NCBI GenBank assembly: GCA_030018455.1
Contig: JASEFU010000002.1
Span: forward strand, 141,480-205,479
DNA: 64,000 bases
Direction of reading: 5' to 3'
Source: Dehalococcoidia bacterium
GTDB taxonomy: Bacteria > Chloroflexota > Dehalococcoidia > DSTF01 > JALHUB01
Shown here: positions 58,313 through 64,000 of the stretch, piece by piece
Layout of the letters: each line of letters begins with the position of its first letter
How positions within the stretch are numbered: the stretch's first letter is position 1
Translations under genes and position numbers: made by a program
The notes under the pieces: generated by a model
What the model saw: only the letters and a program-made list of their open reading frames with translations
Told to the model about the DNA's origin: nothing
Databases searched by the model: none

Positions 58313-59290
58313 CTATCCCGCGTACAGCATCCCGTCGAGCAGCGACGGCTCGGGCAGGGGGCTCTCCAGCGCAAAGCGCTCCGCTTCCTGTATCTCCGCC
58401 GTCGCCTCCGCGTCGATCCTGTCCAGCTCTTCCTGCGTCGCCACGCCCTGCCGGACCAGCTTCTCGGCGAAGAGCTTGATGGGGTCGCGCCGCTTCCAGG
58501 CCTCGATCTCTTCCGGCGGCCGCGGGTCGGCGTGGGACACGTCCGGTATCCCTTCGGCGTGCGCCCGGAAGCGGTACGTCTTGCACTCGATGAGCGACGG
58601 CCCGTCGCCCGCCCTAGCGCGAGCGACCGCCGCCTGCACGGCTTCGTGCACTGCGATCACGTCCTGCCCGTCCACGACGACGCCGGGGATCCCGTAGGTC
58701 GCCGCGATATCGGCGATATCCTCCCTGGGGAAGGCGTCCCTTATCGGCATGAACTGGGCGTAAAGGTTGTTGTGGCAGACGTAGACGATGGGGAGCTTCC
58801 ACAGGGTCGCGAGGTTCATCGCCTCGTGGAGGGTACCGCGGTTGGATGCCCCGTCGCCGAAGAAGCAGACGACAACCTGTCCGGCGCCCCTCTTCTTCGC
58901 CGCCAGCGCCCACCCCAGTGAAAGGGGAAAGGCGGAGCCTATGGTGCCGGCGCCGCCCAGCATGCCGCGTTCCGGCTCGACGTAGTGGTTGGCGGCGATG
59001 CCCAGACACGACCCAGTGCACTTCCCGAAGTGCTCGGCGATGAACTGCCGCGGAGAGCCGCCCTTGCCGATTACGTGAGCGATGCCGTGCCCGCGGTGCT
59101 GCGCGTAGACGTAGTCGTCGTCGCGCAGGAACGTGCAGCCGCCGACACCCACCGCCTCTTCGCCCTGGCCGCTATGGAAGAACGAGGCCGTCTTCCCCTC
59201 AGCGATCCCCTTCACTATCGTCTCGTCGACACGACGCGCCCGCAGCATGTTCCGGTAAAGGGTGAGAAGCTGTTCTTTGTCCAGTGCCAT
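58313..59290 (-). CDS. acoA: Acetoin/pyruvate dehydrogenase E1 component alpha subunit (TPP-binding)
   Basis: 325 aa E1-alpha family, TPP motif GDGA...N. Confidence 0.9.
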   Translation of the reverse strand: MALDKEQLLTLYRNMLRARRVDETIVKGIAEGKTASFFHSGQGEEAVGVGGCTFLRDDDYVYAQHRGHGIAHVIGKGGSPRQFIAEHFGKCTGSCLGIAANHYVEPERGMLGGAGTIGSAFPLSLGWALAAKKRGAGQVVVCFFGDGASNRGTLHEAMNLATLWKLPIVYVCHNNLYAQFMPIRDAFPREDIADIAATYGIPGVVVDGQDVIAVHEAVQAAVARARAGDGPSLIECKTYRFRAHAEGIPDVSHADPRPPEEIEAWKRRDPIKLFAEKLVRQGVATQEELDRIDAEATAEIQEAERFALESPLPEPSLLDGMLYAG

Positions 59291-59344
59291 CTCCCGCTCC
59301 TCCTCGGTTCTCGCTTCACGATCAAAGCCGCCGCCGGGATCCGG

Positions 59345-60352
59345 TTACGGCTTGAGGACTACCTTGATGCACTCGTCCGCGGAGAGGGCCGTCTCGTAGG
59401 CCTCCTTCGCCCTCTCCAGCGGGAACTCATGTGTCACGAGGCACTGCCGCTCGACCCTTTTGTCAGCGATGAGCGCAAGCGCCTCGCGGAACTCGTCGAG
59501 CGTCCATGCCCACGAGCCGATAATCGACGCCCCTTTGCGCACGAGCAGTGCGGACTGGATTTCGACCGGCCGCTCCGGCACGGCGACGACGATCACCTTC
59601 CCGTTCTCCTTAACCAGCCGCAGCCCTTCTTGCAGGCTCGACCCTTCCTGGCCGATGGCGGCCCCCGCGCAATCGAACACGACGTCGACGTTTGCGGCCG
59701 GCTCGGCTGTCTCCGTCCAGCCGATGGGCACGGAGCCCGTGAGATCGATGACCCGCGCGTAGGCGTCCTCCCTGGCGGCGTTGATGACCACTTCCGCGCC
59801 CAGCTCCTTCGCCATCTCCAGCCGCCTGTCTGACAGGTCGACAGCGATGATCGTGCCCGGCGCTTTCGCCTTCAACACCTGGATCATGCCCAGGCCGATG
59901 ATGCCGACGCCCAGCACGACGCACGTCTCGCCGCCGCCGACGTTCGCCAGGCCGACGGCGTGCACGGAGTTCGCCAGCGGCTCGACCGTCGCCGCCTCCT
60001 CGTAGCTCACGCTGTCGGGGAGACGGAACACGGCAGGGGTCACGAGCGCCGGTATGCGCACCAGCTCGGCGTTGCCCCCCATGAAGATGGACGTGACGCG
60101 ATCGCCGACGCTTATCCCGGGCACCTCGCCGTTCACGTCCGCCACGTCGCCGCTGAACTCATGCCCGAGAATGCGGCCGGAGTCGATGGGGACGCCCAGC
60201 TCGGGAAAGAGACCGTGCTTGTAGGTATGGAGGTCGGAGCCGCAGATGCCGCAGGCGCGGACCCTAATAAGCACGTCGCCCGGCAGGAGAACGGGATCGG
60301 GGACGTCTTCCGTCCTCACGTCTCGCGGGCCGTGGAAGACCGCTGCTTTCAC
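59345..60352 (-). CDS. Zinc-dependent medium-chain alcohol dehydrogenase (2,3-butanediol/threonine dehydrogenase-like)
   Basis: GHEFSG zinc motif, GxGxxG NAD fold. Confidence 0.85.
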   Translation of the reverse strand: MKAAVFHGPRDVRTEDVPDPVLLPGDVLIRVRACGICGSDLHTYKHGLFPELGVPIDSGRILGHEFSGDVADVNGEVPGISVGDRVTSIFMGGNAELVRIPALVTPAVFRLPDSVSYEEAATVEPLANSVHAVGLANVGGGETCVVLGVGIIGLGMIQVLKAKAPGTIIAVDLSDRRLEMAKELGAEVVINAAREDAYARVIDLTGSVPIGWTETAEPAANVDVVFDCAGAAIGQEGSSLQEGLRLVKENGKVIVVAVPERPVEIQSALLVRKGASIIGSWAWTLDEFREALALIADKRVERQCLVTHEFPLERAKEAYETALSADECIKVVLKP

Positions 60353-60372
60353 TTCTGCCCCACTTTCCGGCT

Positions 60373-61182
60373 TCAGTTCATCTGGGCGCCGCCGTCGACG
60401 TTTAGCGCCTGCCCGGTAATGTTTTTCGCATCGTCCGACGCCAGGAAGGCGACGGCCCGCCCGATGTCCTCAGGCGTTTGCTCTCTCTGCATCGCAATCG
60501 TCCCCGAGACCGCGAAGTCAAAGACCTGCTTCAGCTCCAGGTTCTCCAGGCCCGGCATCTCGTGCCGGATCTCGGCGGCGAGCTGCTCCCACATGCTCGT
60601 CCAGATGATCCCCGGACAGACGGCGTTCACGTTGACGCCGTAGGGCGCCATCTGCGCCGCCATCGACTGCGACAGGTTGATGACGCCCGCCTTCGTCGCC
60701 CGGTAGGGAATGAGGAACCAGGGGCCGCCGCCCTGTCTGCCGGCAATCGACGCCACGTTGATGATCTTTCCGTAACGTCGCTCTATCATTTGCGGCGATA
60801 TCGCCCTGTACGTCAGGTAGTAGGCGCGGAGGTTCACTTTGTATACGTAGTCCCAGTCTTCGACCGTCTCCGGCTCCCCCGTCTGCCGTCCCGGACGGGA
60901 GCCGGCCCCCGCGTTGTTCACGAGGATGTCGAGCTTGCCGAACTCCTTCAACGCCCGCGCCATCATCTCGTCGATCTGTTCCGGCACGGAGACGTCGACC
61001 TGCAGGGGGAAGCAGCGCGGCCCCAGTTTCGACGCCTCTTCGGCGACCGCGCGCGCCCGCTCGAGATCGATGTCCGCCACCGCGACAGCCGCCCCTTCTT
61101 CGGCGAGACAGAGCGTTATGCCCCGCCCGATGCCGCCCCCGCCGCCGGTCACCAGCGCCGTCTTGCCCTCCAGCTTCATCAC
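60373..61182 (-). CDS. SDR-family oxidoreductase (acetoin reductase/2,3-butanediol dehydrogenase-like)
   Basis: TGGGGGIG, YxxxK catalytic pair. Confidence 0.85.
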   Translation of the reverse strand: MMKLEGKTALVTGGGGGIGRGITLCLAEEGAAVAVADIDLERARAVAEEASKLGPRCFPLQVDVSVPEQIDEMMARALKEFGKLDILVNNAGAGSRPGRQTGEPETVEDWDYVYKVNLRAYYLTYRAISPQMIERRYGKIINVASIAGRQGGGPWFLIPYRATKAGVINLSQSMAAQMAPYGVNVNAVCPGIIWTSMWEQLAAEIRHEMPGLENLELKQVFDFAVSGTIAMQREQTPEDIGRAVAFLASDDAKNITGQALNVDGGAQMN

Positions 61183-61245
61183 GACACCTCCTGTCCGGAG
61201 AAGGCTTTGCCAAATCTTAGCACAGTACCTCTATAAAGCACTGCA

Positions 61246-61276
61246 ACCGGAATCGTTGAACGATAGCGGCAGCGGC
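61246..61276 (+). promoter_or_regulatory. Putative promoter for OYE gene: TTGAAC ... extended -10 TGtTATACT
   Basis: Extended -10 (TG-n-TATACT) 58 nt upstream of GTG start; spacer 19 nt to TTGAAC. Confidence 0.3.
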
Positions 61277-61334
61277 GTTGTATACTGCTTTTGCGCACCG
61301 GACAGCATGTCGATTCAGTCTCTCAGGAGGAACC

Positions 61335-62453
61335 GTGCCCGACCCCTTCGATCCCCTCACAATTGGACAGATGTCTATCCCCAATCGCTTCATGCGCTCA
61401 GCCACTTGGGACAGCACCGCCACCGATGACGGCGAGGTCACTGACGACTCCGTTCGCATTATCCGCGGGCTGGCCGAGGGCGGCGTGGGCCTCATCGTCA
61501 CGGGCTACGCTTACGTCTCCGACGAAGGCAAGGCCGCCGGCCGCCAATACGGCATATCCCACGACCGGCACGTCGCCGGGATGCGGCGCCTGGCGCAGGC
61601 CGCCCATGATCACGGCGCGCGCATCGCCGTGCAGATAGCGCACGGCGGTCTGAACCTCGGCCTTCTGAGCAAGAAGGAAGGCGTCGCCCTGGCCCCGTCT
61701 GAGATCGAAGGCCACCGCTGGCCGCACCGCGCCATGACCGGCGATGAGGTGTGGGGGCTGGTCGCGGCTTTCGCTGCCGCCGCCGCCCGCGTCAAAGAGG
61801 CCGGCTTCGATGCCGTCCAGCTCCACGGCGCCCACGGCTACCTGATTAGCCAGTTCCTATCGCCGCTCATGAACAAGCGCACGGACGAGTGGGGCGGCTC
61901 GCCGGAGAACCGCCGCCGCTTTGCCGTCGAAGCGCTGAAGGCGGTGCGAAAGGCGGTCGGGGCCGACTACCCGGTCATGGTCAAGATCGGGCTGCGCGAC
62001 CGGGCTGACGGTGGCCTCACCCTCGATGAAGGGCTGGCGGCGTTGAAGGCGTTGACCGACGCCGGGCTCGACGCCGTCGAGATCAGCACCGGCTTTGGGG
62101 GACGCTCCGCCGCCGAGAGGCCCGAGGCCCCCGAACACGTCTACTTTCGCGACGACGCCGTGGCCGCGCGGCGCGCCGTCGATATCCCGCTCATGCTCGT
62201 CGGCGGCATACGGCGGTTTGAGACAGCCCGCGAGATCATCAAGAGCGGCGACGCCGACATGGTGTCGCTGGCGCGGCCGCTGATTCGAGAGAGCTCCCTC
62301 ATCGCCCGCTGGCGGGACGGCGACAGGGCGCCCGCGAAATGCCTGAGCTGCAACAAGTGCTTCAGCTTCGGCATGCGCGGCGAGCCTCTCGAATGCGGTG
62401 AGGAGTACCGACTGCGACAGGAAGCGGCCGCCGGCGGCGCCGCAGACGCTTAG
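61335..62453 (+). CDS. NADH:flavin oxidoreductase, Old Yellow Enzyme family
   Basis: OYE TIM-barrel motifs; GTG start with AGGAGG SD. Confidence 0.85.
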   Translation: MPDPFDPLTIGQMSIPNRFMRSATWDSTATDDGEVTDDSVRIIRGLAEGGVGLIVTGYAYVSDEGKAAGRQYGISHDRHVAGMRRLAQAAHDHGARIAVQIAHGGLNLGLLSKKEGVALAPSEIEGHRWPHRAMTGDEVWGLVAAFAAAAARVKEAGFDAVQLHGAHGYLISQFLSPLMNKRTDEWGGSPENRRRFAVEALKAVRKAVGADYPVMVKIGLRDRADGGLTLDEGLAALKALTDAGLDAVEISTGFGGRSAAERPEAPEHVYFRDDAVAARRAVDIPLMLVGGIRRFETAREIIKSGDADMVSLARPLIRESSLIARWRDGDRAPAKCLSCNKCFSFGMRGEPLECGEEYRLRQEAAAGGAADA

Positions 62454-62504
62454 CGAGTTGGCGCCGTCGCAGCAGAGCGCTTCGAGGCCTCCGCGCCTGC
62501 GTGT

Positions 62505-62532
62505 CTGAGAGGCTGAGGGTCTTAACCCTCAG
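62505..62532. repeat. GC-hairpin repeat locus D: CTGAGGGT-CTTA-ACCCTCAG (terminator-like, 60 nt after OYE stop)
   Basis: Perfect 8-bp stem, 4-nt loop. Confidence 0.75.
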
Positions 62533-62606
62533 AACCGTCCAAGCCGGCACAGCGATGACATACCGCCCGGTACCGCCGGCCGAAAACGCGATAGAGGAGC
62601 ACAACG

Positions 62607-63821
62607 ATGACTGACGCCGTAATCTGCAACCCCGTGCGCACACCCGTCGGACGCTACGGCGGCGCGCTCAGAGACGTTGACGCCGAGACCCTCGCGTCCA
62701 TCGTCGTCGCCGCCGTCCTCGAACGCAGCGGGCTTGACCCGTCGTTTATCGACGACTGCATCTTCGGCCAGTGCTACCCCAACGGCGAGAACCCCGCCAT
62801 CGGGCGCCTCGCCGCCCTCCGCGCCGGCTTGCCCGTCGACGTGCCCGGCTTCCAGCTCGACCGCCGCTGTGGCTCCGGTCTCCAGGCGATCTGCCTCGCC
62901 GCCATGGAGGTGCAGACGGGCGTAGCCGATGTCGTCCTCGCCGGCGGCGTCGAGAGTATGAGCAACGCCGAGTTCTACGTCATCGGTACCCGCTGGGGAC
63001 CCAACCGCGGCAACCTCACCCTCTACGACCGGCTCGACCGCGGCCGCGTGACCGCGGGAAGCGCCCGCTACATCGTCGAAGGGGGCATGCTGGAGACGGC
63101 GGAGAACCTGCGAAAGCAGTACAACATCCCGCGCGAGGAGCAGGACGAGTACGCCCTCCGCTCCCATCAGCGCGCCGTTGCCGCCTGGGATGCCGGCAAG
63201 TTCGACGCCGAGACGGTGCCCGTGCCCGTCACGTCGCGAAAGGGCGAGACGACGATGGTGACACGCGACGAGCACCCGCGCGCCGACACATCGCTCGAGA
63301 AGCTGGCGGCCCTGCGGCCCATCCGCGCCCGCATCGATCCCGAGTCCACCGTCACCGCCGGCAACGCCAGCGGCGAGAACGACGCCGCCGCCTGCTGCAT
63401 CGTCACCTCGTCGGAGAAGGCGGTCGAACTGGGCCTGCGGCCCATGGGCAGGCTGCTCGGCTGGGCGGCCGCGGGCGTCCATCCGGCGTATATGGGTATC
63501 GGGCCTGTCCCCGCAACAAAGAAAGTGCTCGATCGCCTGGGGATGAGCCTGAAGGACATGGACCTCATCGAGCTGAACGAGGCGTTCGCCGCCCAGGTTC
63601 TCGCCGTGACCCGCGAGTGGGGCTTCAAGGAGAGCGACTTCGACCGGACGAACGTGAACGGCTCCGGCATCTCCATCGGGCACCCCGTAGGCGCGACAGG
63701 AGCGCGTATAATGGCTACGTTGCTCCACGAGATGGAGCGCCGCGACGCCCACCTGGCGCTGGAGACGATGTGCATCGGCGGCGGGCAGGGCATCGCCGCG
63801 GTCATCGAGCGCGTCGTCTGA
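62607..63821 (+). CDS. Acetyl-CoA C-acetyltransferase (thiolase)
   Basis: Thiolase motifs (active Cys region RRCGSGLQAI; C-terminal CIGGGQG). Confidence 0.9.
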   Translation: MTDAVICNPVRTPVGRYGGALRDVDAETLASIVVAAVLERSGLDPSFIDDCIFGQCYPNGENPAIGRLAALRAGLPVDVPGFQLDRRCGSGLQAICLAAMEVQTGVADVVLAGGVESMSNAEFYVIGTRWGPNRGNLTLYDRLDRGRVTAGSARYIVEGGMLETAENLRKQYNIPREEQDEYALRSHQRAVAAWDAGKFDAETVPVPVTSRKGETTMVTRDEHPRADTSLEKLAALRPIRARIDPESTVTAGNASGENDAAACCIVTSSEKAVELGLRPMGRLLGWAAAGVHPAYMGIGPVPATKKVLDRLGMSLKDMDLIELNEAFAAQVLAVTREWGFKESDFDRTNVNGSGISIGHPVGATGARIMATLLHEMERRDAHLALETMCIGGGQGIAAVIERVV

Positions 63822-64000
63822 CAGGCGGCAGAGGCAAATGGGGGTCGGGCGGGCAGGATGCCGCGTCCTTCAGGGCGCGGCGCCGGAAACCGCCGTCATC
63901 GAGCGCGTCAGATGGTCGATGCTGGCGGCGGAAAAAGCCGTGGCGTTGGAGGAGTAGGATGACCTCGTTCCGTCGCACGAAGATTGTCGCCACGCTTGGC

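Noticed and set aside
1-64000. CRISPR arrays, rRNA, IS elements
   Set aside because: No spaced direct repeats, rRNA-like stretches, transposase-like ORFs or IS terminal inverted repeats seen.

Overview
The window is 64 kb of high-GC (~68-70%) bacterial chromosome with dense coding and strong GC3 bias. TGA is the common stop codon. Many long ORFs on the opposite strand of real genes are GC-frame artefacts and were discarded.

Main content, in order:

1. 33-8228: a ~8 kb minus-strand operon. It encodes a pseudo-receiver protein, two small membrane proteins, and two CbcL-like quinol:cytochrome modules. One module is a heptaheme cytochrome c fused to a HydC/FdnI-type cytochrome b. The other is split into a nonaheme cytochrome c gene plus a separate cytochrome b gene. 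Downstream are a sensor histidine kinase whose periplasmic domain carries a single CxxCH heme-c motif, a LuxR-type response regulator and a small membrane protein. A YgbA-like NO-responsive Cys-rich protein lies next to it.

2. 8.2-13 kb: a decayed zone with an FG-GAP fragment and an interrupted ECF sigma factor. A ~2.7 kb integrase-bearing element is inserted in tRNA-Gly(CCC); it is flanked by a 54-bp direct repeat of the tRNA 3' half.

3. 13-27.5 kb: housekeeping and accessory genes. These are an acyl-CoA dehydrogenase, hydrolases, an RDD protein, an ArsA/GET3-like ATPase, an APC permease-Usp fusion, PBP1A, a methyltransferase and gatC-gatA.

4. Two candidate selenoprotein genes, each with an in-frame UGA exactly at a conserved redox Cys and followed by a SECIS-like hairpin. 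One is a C_GCAxxG_C_C family protein (27636-28070). The other is a ferredoxin-thioredoxin-reductase catalytic-subunit-like protein (complement 47360-47821).

5. Other content: aminotransferase, SH3 protein, IMPase, a C-terminal-only argS remnant, an ADP-forming acyl-CoA synthetase, a GH5 hydrolase, three family-5 solute-binding proteins, a hydrolase-rich catabolic cluster (PTE-like, beta-lactamase-like, BKACE, MBL, alpha/beta hydrolase, amidase), a putative GT-C membrane protein, an acetoin/2,3-butanediol catabolic cluster (acoA-acoB-acoX-acoC-acoL plus two butanediol-type dehydrogenases), an OYE flavoreductase and a thiolase.

6. A family of G/C-tract hairpin repeats (CWGAGGGG-N4-6-CCCCTCWG, often with CTGCCGGCAG) recurs in intergenic spacers.
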